In this document: in pieces, positions 38,501-51,460 of the stretch
Numbering within the stretch: position 1 is the first letter of the stretch
Layout of the letters: each line of letters begins with the position of its first letter
Assembly: GCF_006345805.1 (NCBI RefSeq)
Contig: NC_043002.1
Span: 18,600,001 to 18,664,000, forward strand
Direction: 5' to 3'
From: Octopus sinensis
Taxonomy: Eukaryota
Length of the DNA stretch: 64,000 nucleotides
Made by a program: the position numbers and the translations under genes
Notes under the pieces: model-generated
Told to the model about the DNA's origin: nothing
Database searches by the model: none
Seen by the model: the letters and a program-made list of their open reading frames with translations, nothing else

Positions 38501-41500
38501 CAAAATTGCCATATCTCTCTCTCTCTCTCTCTCTCTCAAACACTGTCTCACTCCCATACAGTATTGCAGCTCTCACACTACTCCTATTGACCTTTCCTTT
38601 TGTCTTCAATGAGTGAATTGTGTTTGTGGTTAAGGGTCAAACATCTTAATGCTGCATGCACTCATTGCACCTTTTTGTGTCCATGTGTATATTCCTTAAT
38701 ATTTTTGTTTTATTTTTCCTCCTTTCTAAAGGTGTCTGAGGATTGGTTACGTTTGCGGGTCCCCATTATGATATCTACAATTAACTTCATTCCACAGTCT
38801 AGCAAAATCGTTACTGGTACTGATTTATGTAAGGTATGTGTAAAATCGTTTTGTTTTGTTGGGTTTTTTTTTTCTCCCCTTTATTTCAAAGGTTTTGATT
38901 TAAATGTAGTCTTCGTGTTATACTTGAATGATTTTTGTATATTTGGCTCAATTTGCATATCATCATAATAACAAGTTTGGTTTTAATTAAATTGTCCTTT
39001 CTAATACCAATCCCTCCCCAAGAACTTATTGGCACAGAAGCAAACTAAAGCGAACAGATTATGTACCTTGCCTTAAGAAAGGCCTCTTACACACACACAC
39101 ACGTGTCAGATACTGATTTTACCTGTCCTCACTAACTCACTATTAACCCCTTAATGGATCAATTATTTTGACACGGCGTTTCATTTGAGAGCATTTTTTT
39201 TTTTCTTTTTGAATTATATACACTGTGTTAATTACAAAGAAAATTCTTTTATTATAGAAATTAAAATGTACTTTTACTCATTTGGATTTAAACGAGTTAA
39301 CTCGGACATTGAAAAAATACATAAAACTTACCTGTCTTCGATATTTTATAAGATGTATTGCTTTTAAATCAAAGGAACATGTGCGTACGACAATGTGGGT
39401 AAATTCGTGATTGCTCAAAAATGAAACGACACAAAACAAATAAACTCGTTTGAGTGCTAAAATTAAAAGTTAATTTTGACCGAGTATACTCGTCTGGTTC
39501 TAAAAAGATACATTTGCAATGCACGAGTAAACTCGGGATAATCCATTAAGGGGTTAAGCATCAAAATTTCATCATCATCTTTTAACGTCCGCTTTCCATG
39601 CTAGCATGGGTTGGACGTATGACTGAGGGCTGGTGAACCAGATGGCTGCACCAGGCTTCAATCTTGATCTGGCAGAGTTTCTACAGCTGGATGCCCTTCC
39701 TAACGCCAACCACTCCGAGAGTGTAGTGGGTGCTTTTATGGGCCAGTCAGGCGGCACTGGCAACAACCTCGCTCGAATTTTTTACACATGCCACCGGCGC
39801 GGGTGCCAGTAAGGTGATGCTGGTAAACTTTGTGCTTGATATATCCCCAGAGCCCACACCATCGCACTGCCATTACTTTTGCACACTCATTGTAGTGCAC
39901 CTGAGCACTATACACAATAATTTCATTATTATTATGCATTTATTAGTTTTGACTACAGACATGGTTGTGTGGTTATGAAGCCAGCTTCCTAAGCATGTAG
40001 TGTTGGGTCAGTTTCAGTACCACTGAATGGTACTTTGGGCAAGTGCTTTCTGTTATAGCTTCAAGCCAACCAAAGCCTTGTGAGTGGATTTGGTAGACAG
40101 AAATTCATAGAAGCCCTTTGTGTGCATGTGTGTGCACTGTTGTCTAGACATCACATGATGGTTGTATACAAGCATCACCATGTGTGTGAGGCTGTTCATT
40201 TCCAGTCTTCTGTGAACACACACACACATATATATATATACCAGTGCTGGTGGCATGTAAAAAAAAACCATCCGAACGTGGCCGTTGCCAGCTCCGCCTC
40301 GACTGGCCTCCGTGCTGTGACATGTAAAAAGCACCAACCGATCGTGGCCGTTGCCAGCCTTGCCTGGCACGTAAAAAGCACCCACTACACTCACGGAGTG
40401 GTTGGCATTAGGAAGGGCGTCCAGCTGTAGAAACACTGCCAGATCAGACTGGAGTCTGGTGCAGCCTCCTGGCTTCCCAGACCCCAGTCGAACCGTCCAC
40501 CCTATGCTAGCATGGAAAGCAGACGCTAAACGATGAGCATGATGATGATATATTAAAATACAGCAGATTTCTTTTAGTTTCCATCACAAGGCTTTGATTA
40601 GCTCTCAACCCAGAGCTATAGTTGGAGATACTTCGGCAAATTGCTGCATGATCCAAACTACATGGTCCACACTTGCCTGGACATCTGCAAGATGGTGGAC
40701 AACAGATTGGATAGAAGGGAAAAAAATGTATTGCGAGTCTGTCTAAGGATTGCATTAAAAGTACATGTACCTGTAGAATAGTCAACCACTTAAGCTAAGT
40801 GGGTCATTTTGTTGTTCAGACAAGTAGCACACTGGTTATCAAAACTCTTTTACTTGTTTCAGTCATTTGACTGCAGCCATGCAGGAACACCGCCTTTAGT
40901 CGAGCAAATTGACCCCCAGGACTTATTCTTTGGAAGCCTAGTACTTATTCTATCGGTCTCTTTTGCCGAACCGCTAAGTTACAGGAACGTAAACACGCCA
41001 GCATCGGTTGTCAAGCGATGTTGGGGAGACAAACAGACACACAAGCATATACACACACGCACACATATATATATACATATATACGATGGGCTTCTTTCAG
41101 TTTCCATCTACCTAATCCACACACAAGGCTTTGGTCGGCCTGAGGCTGTAGTAGAAGACGCCTGCCCAAGGTGCCACGCAGTTGGACTGAACCCAAAACC
41201 ATGTGGTTGGTAAGCAAGCTACTTACCACACAGCCACTCCTGCGCCTAAAACTGATTGAGAATCCATTTTCTTTACCATATATATATAGACATACATCAC
41301 AGAGCATGATTCCTAACATCAGGTTGTTATATGTTAACTTCATAGATACGTCTGTATGATCCAAGTGCAAATAAAAGAAAACCTGTCCTTGATGTCCAGT
41401 GTGGTGATTCTCCAGTAACAGCTCTGGCGGTCAATCCTTCTGGCAAGTAAGTCATTCAACTCTCTTGAGAAATGTGTGTTACTTATTCCTTTTGTTTTTG

Positions 41501-44500
41501 TTACATTTGTGGTGGGTATATCTACTGTTCTTTATATATCTATCACTGTTCTTTTGTTGCTCTGACTGTGACCATCCCAATATTATTTCAGCATAATGTA
41601 TCTAGGACTACATTATTACAATGTGTATGTTTTTTAAAGGACAGAAGTGTATGATTTGATTACAATTTAGCTGCTATTTCTATCAGGTCATGCTATCGCA
41701 TAGAGGTTCACTCTTTGGCTCCTATTGTTTTGCAGTTGTTTAATTTCAAATTTGCTTTGATTGAGTAAACCTATAATGTAGTGTACCTAAGAGTATATTG
41801 TCCATCGTGCCTGTTTTTGAAGAGGGTAGGATATGTAATGTGGGATATTTGACTGCTATTTCTAACTGGTTGAGCTACACCATTGGAACACCTTTGTTTC
41901 AGGTTTTCAAGCTTGTAGCTGCTGCTCTTTTTGTTGTTGTTGCTGAGGGTCTCTTGTCAGGTTCTTCTATCACCTCGAGGGTGATAGAAGAAGCCGACTC
42001 AACCCGCCCAGGGTGAATGTCGCCACAAGTACAAGTTCTTCTCCCGCAAATACAAACCTGAGGTTTAGGAAGTACGTCATAGGTTTTGCATTATTTGACA
42101 CACTGTTGAAATAAAGTTGGGATGTTCACAGCAGGAATGTCTTTGACCTGAAGTCATCAACACAAGAACAGTAGATTACGCTTTCCAATGATTCTACAGT
42201 TTTTGTGTTGGCCACATATGAAACAGTGTAGCATACAGAGTGACAGGGTTGTTGTCACCTCTGTGCTGGTGTTGTACAGCTAGACTAAGTTCTCTGTAGC
42301 TTGTATTGCTTCCTATTAACCCTTTTGTTACCCCAACCTGGCTGAAACCGGCTCTGGCTCTGAGTACAAATGTCTTGTTTTCATAAGTTTTGAATTAAAA
42401 TCTTCCACCAAACCTTAGTCACAATTTATGTTCATAACCCTAGCTGAATGATAACTGAGTTATTTTACTAAATTGTTTGTTATATTCAAAATAATTTAAA
42501 CAAACACAGAGCATCTCAAAATAAATATGGTAATGAAAGGGTTAACATTGTCATTGCTCTGTACCCCTATTTACTGCTGCAGTTTTGTGTGTCTGCTTGT
42601 ATTTGCTCTTTTGTACATTGTTGCTAACTCTGTTATGTAAACACATTGCTCTTTTGTTTTGTATTTCTGTTCTGTTTTTTTTACACACATGATGCACCAG
42701 CTTCACATAGCAGCCCCAGCCCATCCAAAGTACCTTGGATCACAGGACGGCCTGCTGTGCTTACCTTGGATCGTAGGGTGACCTGCTGTGCTTGAGGAGA
42801 CCTATTGAGTCAAGTACATCAACATCAAAATAAAAATCAAATGGAAATTGTAGTTGTGATACCCATGCTGGTGGCACGTAAAAAGCACCATCCGAACATG
42901 GCCAATGCCAGTGTCGCCTTGACTGGCTTCCATGCCGGTGGCATGTAAAAAGTACCAACCGATCGTAACCGTTGCCAGCCCCCCTGGCAACTGTGCTAGT
43001 GGCACGTAAAAAGCACCCACTACACTCACGGAGTGGTTGGCATTAGGAAGGGCATCCAGCTGTAGAAGCACTGCCTGATGCAGCCTCCTGGCTTCCCAGA
43101 CCCCAGTCGAACTGTCCAACCCATGCTAGCATGGAAAACAGACGTTAAACAATGATGATGATGCAAGCATGGCTGTGTGGCAACTTGGACAAGTGTTTTT
43201 CACTACGACTCTTGGCCAACTATTAGCTTGTGAGTGAATTTAATATGTAAAAACCGGAAGCTCATTGTGTGTAATGTATGTTAGGGTTTTCTTGTCTTGA
43301 CACCATGTGATAGTTGTAAATGAGTGTCACTGTTATACAAGCAGTGTTCTTCATTTCCATTTTTCTGTGGAAATCATGTCTGACCTTGGAGATATATTAC
43401 ATTGCGTGGAAGCAGGTGAAGGCTATCAACAGGAAGGGCATCCAATCATAGTAAATATGCATCAAAGAATCCCGTCACCCATACAAGTATGAAAAAGGGG
43501 ACATTAAAATGGTGGTGGTGGCTGCTGTTCTTGTTCTTATTTCTTTACTTCCCACAAGGGGCTACACACAGAGGGGACAAAGAAGGACAGACAAACAGAT
43601 TAAGTCGATTACATCGCCACCAGTGCGTAACTGGTACTTATTTAATCGACCCCGAAGGGATGAAAGGCAAAGTCGACCTCGGCGGAATTTGAACTCAGAA
43701 TGTAAAGACAGACGAAATACCGCTAAGCATTTCGCCCGGCGTTCTAACGGTTCTGCCAGCTCGCCGCCTTCTTGTTCTTGTTTTGATAGTGCTGTCGGGG
43801 TTGTTTATTGCTCAATTACTACTACTGTTTTTTCATTTCAATATCTAGAAAGTAATTTTATAAAGTTTCATCTCTTTTAGAGTAGTTTCCCTTTTTTTTT
43901 CTTGTTTGTTTGTTCCTTATGGAGACAGACAGTGAACTGAAATATAAATGTCAAATGACTGTCACTTAGAAACTTTAAAACATGTTTATTTAGCCTGGGT
44001 GGTTCAGGTCAAGCAGGTTTCCTGTCACAGGTTTTTCCAGTTGTAACCATGCCATCATTTTTCTCCGCCCCCATGTCACCTTCTGTCTAGAACTACACTG
44101 TTTGCACCATTTGTTTTTTAAGATGGCAGGTTGTGATTCGAGATACATTCAGCTGTTTAATTCCATATTATTTCTTTCTTTCTGACATTTTCCCCTAATT
44201 GCCTTTCAATAAATTGTTTAGAATGTGACATTTACAAGTCTTGTGTATATCACTGTGTGTATATATATATGTATTTTTTTTTTCCTAGCCAAATTATAGT
44301 TGGTTCTTCGAAAGGTGATATGGTCAGCATGGATATTCGTAAAGGTAAAATAATATTAAGTTTTTTTTCTTGTGAAATATTAAGTTTCTTTTCTTGTATT
44401 GAAAAGAACTATTTTTACCCATTTTTCTTTTTTTTAACAGGAGCCAAAACAATACAGATCAATATTTATAATATAGATCTTAATCAAACATCATCAATGG

Positions 44501-47500
44501 TGGTGACCCCCTTCGGTCAGACACTGACCATGGGTTTGCACCTAGAGAGTTACCCTCTGAGGCACAAGTCTGGGCAAGGTTGTTTTATGGAAGACCAGCA
44601 GTTGCCCATGCATACCGGCCTCCCCTCTCTACGTCGCAACTCATTTCTACAGCTGAGTGGACTGGAGCAACATGAAATAAAGTGTCTTGCTCAAGAACAC
44701 AACACGCAACCTGGTCTGGGATTCGAGCTCACAACCTCACGATCGTAAGCTCGACGCTCTAACCACTGAGCCACGCGCCTTCACAAACATCATCCATACC
44801 ACCCTGAGATATGATTTGTATGTCAAGGTTCTTGTGGATCTAGATGTTTCTGTTGTGCTCTATACTCCTCTCAAAAGCAAACAAGTTTTTTTAACATAAA
44901 TTACACCTCAGTCATCATTATCCTTATCTTTTAATGTCCACATTCCATACTGGTATGGGTTGGATGGTTTGAAAGGAAATAATGTATCTGTGGAATGTCT
45001 TGTGCATCGATGTCTACTTTGGCATGGTTTCTGCAGCAAAAGGCCCCTTCTAATGCCAACCACTTTACTGAGAGCTGTTTTCATGGCACCAGCAATAGTG
45101 AGGTTGCCTTGGAGCTTGCAAGGCAAAGATCCCTTTCAACTAGAGGCTGGGGCACTTTATGCTATGAGATGAGAGGTTTAAGTATGAAAGAAGGGGCCAA
45201 ATGGAGCAGGGTTTTTTTTGTTGAAGAGGAGCTAATTTTTAGGTTTTTGATATATTGATAATATTTTTTAGTGGCACCTAAAAGTAATAGTTTCAATTCT
45301 TTTAATCCACTGACTCACAATTCCAATGTTGACAGTGGTGGTAGCAGTAACATCCAGGGTTCGAAGGGTTAAGTTTGTCTGATTGGTAGAATTAGTAGAG
45401 CAACAAGCAAAATATGTTGCAGTATCTACCTATGTTTATGTCACTGGGGTTGATGTAATCAACTAGTCCCCTCCCCCCAAATTTCAGGATTAGCAGGATT
45501 CCATCCATCCTTTTCTCCTTGTGGGACTGGATACATAAGTGGCAGGCACGGTCTAGGGCATAAACATACAGATGGAGGTTCTGAAGATGAAGATACCTGG
45601 GCTGTGAAACAGTGGGAGGGACAGCTGCACCATTTGTTGAAACCTATTGTATAGACCCAGATCAGCTCTGATCTTGTAGTCCTATAGCACACATCTAATG
45701 AGGACCTATGCCCCTCTTTCAGCTAAGGACTCATGGGTGGTGGTACCTCATAAAAGTGCCCATGCCTATGTCACATAAAAACGCCCATACTGGTTCCACA
45801 TAAAAGCTTCCAGTACAGTGATTGGCGTTAGGAAGGGCATCCAGCCATAGAAACTATGGCAAAACAGAATATGGATCCTGGGCAGCTGCCCAGCTCCTGT
45901 AAAACTGTCCAGCCCATGTCAGCATGGAAAGTGGACATTAAATGATGATTTGTAGCATTTAAAAAACAATTCCAGTCAAAAATGTGCAAGATGAAGATAT
46001 TAAATGGAGGTAGAAAATTTAATACTCAAAATAAAATAGAAATTGAATTAAAACCAACATAACTGTTTATTGAACAAAAGTGTTAACCCTTTCGTTACCA
46101 ACCCGGCCAAAACCGGCTCTGGCTCTGTAGTACAAATGTCTTGTTTTCATAAGTTTTGCATCAAAGTATACCACCAACCTTAGTAGCAATTTGTATTCCT
46201 AATACTAGCTTAATGAAAACTAAGTTATTTTACTAAATTATTTGTTATATTTAAAATAATTGAAAGAAACACAGAGCATCTCAAAATAAATACAGTAACA
46301 AAAGCGTTAATTTTCTAAATATTCCAGGAAAAATAACTGGTAAATTCAAAGGTTTTAGTGGTGGAATTCGCGGTATCCAATGTCATCCAACTCTACCCTA
46401 TGTTGCTACTTGTGGGCTTGATCGTTACCTCCGTGTTTATAATGTGGTATCAAGAGAAATGATCTACAGTGTGAGTATCTTTTTTACCTGTCAGTGCTTG
46501 TTACAACAAAAAAAAATGTCTTTATCTGATCTGAGTAATGTTGCTGATGATGATGATGCTGAGCACCATACAGACCGATTCTAAATAGATCAATGATCAA
46601 ACGCATTTCAGCTGTGATCATCCCATTCTTTTGCTTTTCATCCTTTTGGGTTTGATAAGATAGGTAACCCTCCCCCAAATTTCAGGCCTTGTACCTTTAG
46701 TAGAAAGGATTATTATTATTATTATTAGGCACAGGAGTGGCTGTGTGGTAAGTAGCTTGTTTACCAACCACATGGTTCTGGGTTCAGTCCCACTGTGTGG
46801 CACCTTGGGCAAGTGTCTTCTACTATAGCCTGAGGCTGACCAAAGCCTTATGAGTGGATTTGGTAGATGGAAACTGAAAGAAGCCCGTCGTATATATGTA
46901 TGTGTGTGTCTGTGTTTGTCCCCCTAGCATCGCTTGACAACCGATGCTGGTGTGTTTATGTCCCCGTCACTTAGCAGTTCGGCAAAAGAGACCGATAGAA
47001 TAAGTACTGGGCTTACAAAAGAATAAGTCCCAGGTCAATTTACTCGATTAAAGGCGGTGCCCCAGCATGGCCGCAGTCAAATGACTGAAACAAGTAAAAG
47101 AGTAAAGAGTATTAAGACAGCAAGCTGGCAGACTCAGCAAGCCTGGCAAAATGCTTAGCAGCATTTTGTCTAACTTTACATTTGGTGTTCAAATTCCACC
47201 AAGGTTGACTTTACCTTTCATCCTTTCAGGGTCGATAACTCAAGTACCAGTTACACACTGGGGTTGATGTAATCGACTAGTCCCCTCCCCCAAAATTTCA
47301 GGCCTTGTGCTTATAGCCAAAAGGATTATTATTATTAAGGCAGTGAGCTGGCTGAATTGTTAGCATCCTCAGCAGGATTCCATCCTTCCTTATGTTCTAA
47401 GTTCAAATTCTGCCGTTACTGACTTTGCCTCTCATCCTTTTGGGGGGTCAATAATATAAGTACCAATCAAGTACTGGGGGTGATGTAATCGACTTATCCC

Positions 47501-47892
47501 CTCCACCAAAATTTCAGGCCTTTTGTCTATAGTAGAAAGGATTATTATTATTATAATTTAGCTGTTATTCTTGAAATGTCTTTTAGTCTCAGTAATTTGA
47601 TTATTCCTTGATGTTCTTTGCTTCGTTCTAGTTTTATTTGAAGTCGCGTTTAAACTGCTTGTTGTTTGCCAAAAAGTGGCCATCAGCTGGGGAAAGCGCC
47701 AGCAGCTGTCCGAATAATGAAAACTCAACAGTAGACCAAAACGAAGATGAAAATGCTCCTGATGACCTGTGGGATAAAATGCCAGTCTTACAAACTGAAA
47801 GCACAACGGAAACTCCGAGTGGAAATGCTAAGAAGAAGCGAAAGTCAAATAATGAATCAAAGTCTTCAAAGAAAAACAAAACTTCAGAATAA
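26184..47892 (+). CDS. WDR74: WD repeat-containing protein 74 (Nsa1 homolog, 60S ribosome biogenesis), 10 coding exons, 1155 nt / 384 aa
   Basis: Exons: 26184-26238, 32162-32268, 33714-33835, 35269-35332, 37569-37712, 38732-38833, 41346-41446, 44289-44344, 46328-46470, 47632-47892. All are GT-AG with consistent phases. Motifs: FVGAEIGLLKG, ASGGNENPLKLWD, DWLRLRVPI, IRLYDP, IQCHPTLPYVATCGLDRYLRVY, YLKSRLNCLL, then an acidic and basic (NLS-like) tail. Confidence 0.96.
26990..28060 (+). mobile_element. Merlin (ISXO2/IS1595-like DDE) transposase relic, interrupted by a MITE
   Basis: RNKTILLPLIQKYIK / GSVIYSDSWAAY before the insertion, and ENFVD..HT...LHHYLTRYL after it; left boundary uncertain. 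Confidence 0.75.
27160..27922. mobile_element. Merlin-type MITE (GGATCTTTTCGGTTTGAAC TIRs) with a SINE inserted at ~27415-27778
   Basis: Perfect 8-bp TSD GAAAATTT (27152-27159 / 27923-27930). Confidence 0.92.
29832..31975 (-). mobile_element. 5'-truncated CR1-clade LINE with an intact 468-aa RT/C-terminal ORF (29925-31331) and a (TAAC)n 3' tail
   Basis: Motifs NYRPVSLTS, QHGF, LDFAKAFDSV, PQGSVLGPLLFLVFINDL, LFADD, KDLGI, LERVQK. A 1-nt deletion near 31366 (G-H-[G]-PDGIHP) and an in-frame TAA near 31520 lie upstream. Tandem tail at 29833-29860. Confidence 0.95.
32162..32268 (+). CDS. WDR74: WDR74 exon 2
   Basis: GANCEERAWGNLNELNEVKRENEITCMCWLNRKQTK; cag acceptor / GTAAGT donor. Confidence 0.92.
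33714..33835 (+). CDS. WDR74: WDR74 exon 3
   Basis: FYYGQQNNIITTFDVEASKISRQVKMNIGEGKFKNIHPYQ; phase 2. Confidence 0.9.
33987..34391. mobile_element. Uninterrupted copy of the same ~405-bp Merlin-type MITE
   Basis: Same TIRs; TSD CTATTTGA / TTATTTGA. Confidence 0.92.
34797..35014. mobile_element. piggyBac-type MITE, family 2
   Basis: TTAA|CCCATTAGCATT...AATGCTAAAGGT|TTAA. Confidence 0.75.
35269..35332 (+). CDS. WDR74: WDR74 exon 4
   Basis: KILTAVSSGDIKLWTKKGKNV; donor GTGAGT. Confidence 0.9.
36153..36358. mobile_element. piggyBac-type MITE, family 1
   Basis: TTAA|CCCTTTC...GAAAGGG|TTAA. Confidence 0.9.
37111..37362. mobile_element. TTAA-flanked foldback MITE, ~100-bp arms
   Basis: TTAA|CGTGAC...GTCACG|TTAA; arms ~37111-37208 / 37264-37362. 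Confidence 0.88.
37569..37712 (+). CDS. WDR74: WDR74 exon 5
   Basis: LKMSGGVDLACVQQDPVQTHLIASGGNENPLKLWDINSPTSPIFVSKN. Confidence 0.96.
38200..38520 (-). mobile_element. RTE LINE 3' fragment
   Basis: ILRRTERAMVREMCGVRL...RWYGYVLRKDEEHVLKRVL. Confidence 0.85.
38732..38833 (+). CDS. WDR74: WDR74 exon 6
   Basis: VSEDWLRLRVPIMISTINFIPQSSKIVTGTDLCK. Confidence 0.95.
39147..39553. mobile_element. piggyBac-type MITE, family 3
   Basis: TTAA TSD; perfect 13-bp TIR CCCCTTAATGGAT. Confidence 0.9.
41346..41446 (+). CDS. WDR74: WDR74 exon 7
   Basis: IRLYDPSANKRKPVLDVQCGDSPVTALAVNPSG; phase 2. Confidence 0.95.
42320..42541. mobile_element. piggyBac-type MITE, family 1
   Basis: TTAA TSD, CCCTTT TIR, same internal sequence. 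Confidence 0.9.
44289..44344 (+). CDS. WDR74: WDR74 exon 8
   Basis: QIIVGSSKGDMVSMDIRK(G); phase 1. Confidence 0.93.
46087..46306. mobile_element. piggyBac-type MITE, family 1
   Basis: TTAA TSD, same internal sequence. Confidence 0.9.
46328..46470 (+). CDS. WDR74: WDR74 exon 9
   Basis: GKITGKFKGFSGGIRGIQCHPTLPYVATCGLDRYLRVYNVVSREMIYS. Confidence 0.96.
47632..47892 (+). CDS. WDR74: WDR74 exon 10 (last coding exon)
   Basis: FYLKSRLNCLLFAKKW...DDLWDKM...AKKKRKSNNESKSSKKNKTSE*. Confidence 0.95.
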   Translation, partial: FYLKSRLNCLLFAKKWPSAGESASSCPNNENSTVDQNEDENAPDDLWDKMPVLQTESTTETPSGNAKKKRKSNNESKSSKKNKTSE

Positions 47893-47915
47893 GAATATTG
47901 ATGTTTGAGGAGAGT

Positions 47916-47921
47916 AATAAA
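47916..47921 (+). terminator. Candidate WDR74 polyadenylation signal AATAAA
   Basis: About 24 nt after the stop, followed by a T-rich tract. Confidence 0.5.
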
Positions 47922-48469
47922 GAGATTTAATTTTTTTTATCTATGTTTATTGTATTTTTGATTGAGGTGAACATATTTTATTTTATAACAGAACAGCCCG
48001 CTTATGCGTACCTTTTCCTTCTTTGGTCACTAAACTCTGTTTGCGAAGACTTGTTGAGGCAAATGAAATCAAAACCAAAATCAATTCGATGACTGGCATC
48101 CGTACTAGCAAAGAGCACCATACAAGTGTGATCGTTGACAGAGCGGCTAACCGGCTTCCATGCCAGTGGCACATAAAAAGCACCCACTACACTCTCGGAG
48201 TGGTTGGCGTTAGGAAGAGCATCCAGCTGTAGAAACTCTGCCAGATCAAGATTGGAGCCTGGAGCTGTAGTGGAAGACACTTGCCCTAGGTGCCATACAG
48301 TAGGTTTGAACCTGAAACCACATGGTTACAAAGTGAGCTTCTTAACCACACAGCTATACCTGCACCTATGTGTTTGTGTATATCTGTTTGCATAATGACT
48401 GTCTCAGGAAAAAAAAGATAAAACTTCATTTTTTTGTGATATGTCAAACTAGGGTCAGTTTGTCTTCAT

Positions 48470-48960
48470 GACATGTTCTGTCAATCTCACTTGAACCCAG
48501 CCACATGCCTTCATCACTACTTCCTGTTTTAGGTCCCTAAAGGCCCCGATAATCCTGGCCCTCAGCTCATCCTTCATGTTGCGGCTGCATCTGTTGGACT
48601 CTTATTCCACTGTGCCTTGCACAAAGAAGTTGAGGGGTTACAGTCAAGTGATTTGGGAGGGAGGCCAAATGTCAGGGTCTTTTGGCTGGTGTGGCAGAGC
48701 ACAGTCTTTCCACATATGCAGCCTCTCTGCAGCTATGCAATCAATCCAGGGTTTCACCTCGTTGCTCAGAATACAATTGTAGCTACCAGTATCCAGCCTG
48801 AGGCTCTCGAGGAAGACGTTGTGTGACATGACATCATTATCACTGCTGACAACACCAAAGTCCATGATTACTGCTGGAAATTTCGTCTGCATCACACTGG
48901 GCATCTCCTTGAGTGAGATTGAGCCACTTGTTCTGGGTGTTGATCTTGTCAGAGCCAGTA
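48470..48960 (-). mobile_element. Degenerate Tc1/mariner DD37D (maT-like) transposase fragment
   Basis: MPSVMQTKFPAVIMDFGVVS..DVM..FL..LRL...Y..L..EVKPWID...IWPP.S. Confidence 0.7.
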
Positions 48961-51071
48961 TATCTGGCTCCAACCGGTGTTTCAACTTCTTGGTATGTAT
49001 ATATCGGTGCTAGTGATTGTGTGTGTATTTCTTCTCATCTTGTGTGTCCACTCAGTGTAGACAACAGCTTTGCAATCATTGCAGGCTGTGTCATTTGCTT
49101 GCAGTCACTGCACAAGCATATCTGGATGTGTCGCATGCTCTTTGTAAACAAAAAGATTCGTTCAGAATGGTGTCATATGTTTCCAGTTCACTGCATAACT
49201 ATGTCTGGAATGTTAGTTTTGCAATAGACTTGTGAAATATGACCTTGGTTGAAAACAGATGAGGATTAGCAACAGGAAGGGCATCCAGCCATAGAAAGCA
49301 TTACTCAACTGAATGGAAAAGTGGTAGTTAAAATGATGATGATGATACATACGCACATACATATGTCATCGACGTATAATGTTTGCATGATTTGGATTGT
49401 TTGACAGAATTAAGTGAGCGCTATTGTCTGACATGGTTCTGTGCTTGGATGCTCTGCCTGATATCAACTATATTACAGTGTGTACTGGGTTCTTTTTCTT
49501 TCATGTCACCAATCGACTTGCAAGACAACAAGGAAAAGACCAATGCCCAGTACTCTTTCATTTCTGTTGTTAAATCACTCTTGTATGATACCAAAATAAA
49601 TCTACTTAGATTTCACCAGTTATTATTTCATTGAGAAAGATCAATAGTCTTATAATTTCAAGTTTTAGTGGGGGTGCATGACTGAGTGCTTGCATGACAG
49701 CCTTGAGGTTTCATATCTGATCTCATAAAGGGACAAGCACAGGTATATTGCTAGAGAGGAGATACATGACCACTCCAAGTTATATAAGGGTAAGTGGGAG
49801 TTGCTGGAAAGAGATGGTGGTAACAAGGTACCAGAGCATGTCAAGATACAAGAAGATGAATATAAGAAGGAACGTGGACAGTGGATCTGGAGGGACAAAA
49901 GTGGGTGTGTGTTTGTATTTCTCTTTTACTTGTTTCAGTCATTTGACTGCGGCCATGCTGGAGCACCACCTTTAATCAAGCAACTCGATCCCAGGACTTA
50001 TTCTTTTGTAAGCCCAGTACTTATTCTATCGGTCTCTTTTGCCGAACCGCTAAGTAACGGGGACATAAACACACCAGCATCGGTTGTCAAGCAATGCTAG
50101 GGGGACAAACACACACGCATATATATATATATATATATACGACGGGCTTCTTTCAGTTTCTGTCTACCAAATCCACTCACAAGGCTTTGGTCGGCCCGAG
50201 GCTATAGTAGAAGACACTTGCCCAAGGTGCTATGCAGTGGGACTGAACCCAGAACCATGTGGCTGGTAAACAAGCTACTTACCTCACAGCCACTCCTGCG
50301 CCTGTATGTACATATAATATAAAAAAATCGTGATGATATACAACAGGTTTCTTTCTATCAAATCGAGTCGCAAGGCTTTGGTGAGCTCATCTCACATGGA
50401 GGACATCAAGGATGCTGTGGAGTGGCACTGAATTAAAATCTTTCTTCAAAATTTTCTTTTTAAGTATTTTCACCTTTTCATTAGTTGTATTTGAAGTGGC
50501 AATTACTTTACCATTTCGTTACTATATTTCAGTTGAAACACAATTTTATTTAAATTAATTTTTAAAAGAATGAAGAATGCATTAAAATAACTTTGTCATT
50601 ATTAAACTGAGATTTGGAACATAAATCATGAAATATTGATAGAAGAGTTTTGTTTAAAATCACTTTAAAAGTGGAAAGTTGTTTCCTAGAACCAGGTATA
50701 GTGACTAATAGATTTATTATTTGGGTACAAAGCAGTTAGATAAGCTACCTCTTATGTTTCTTTTTAAGCCAAGCCTAAATTCATTTAATTATTTCTTACG
50801 ATTGCTAAGTCTACTCTTGTATTTCCCAACCCTGTGATCAATGACCTTATTCTATTGAGAGATCAGTCAAGGTATAATGTGTATGATCTATAGATTTAAC
50901 TATTAACATTTTTTAAATACTTATCTTATAAATGCAGAAAATAGCATTAAAAGTTATACATATTACAACTATTGTTGCTAGCTTCTATATCTACCTTGTG
51001 CTCATGTACAGGTATACATTTTTGAGATTTGCATAGGTGCAGACATGGTAGTATAGTAATAAGTAATAAAA

Positions 51072-51460
51072 AAGCAGCGAGCTGGCAGAAATGTTAGCAT
51101 GCTGGGCAAAATGCTTAACAGTATTTCGTCTGCTGCTACGTTCTGAGTTCAAATTCCGCCGAGGTCGACTTTGCCTTTCATCCTTTCGGGGTCGATTAAA
51201 TAAGTACCAGTTATGCACTGGGGTCAATATAATCGACTTAATCCGTCTGTCCTCTCTGTGTTTAGCCCCTTGTGGGTAGTAAAGAAATAGGTATTTCGTC
51301 TGCCGTTACGTTCTGAGTTCAAGTTCCGCCGAGGTTGACTTTGCCTTTCATACTTTCAGGGTCGATAAATTAAGTACCAGTTACGCACTAAGGTCAATGT
51401 AATCAACTTAATTCCTTTGTTTGTCCCCTCTATGTTTAGCCTCTTGTGGGTAATAAAGAA
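51072..51460 (+). mobile_element. Tandem family-B SINEs (core GGTCGACTTTGCCTTTCATCCTTTCGGGGTCG)
   Basis: The same core recurs at ~5550, 5905, 9020, 14990, 32370(-), 43555(-), 47115, 47335 and 53600-54320(-). Confidence 0.88.
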
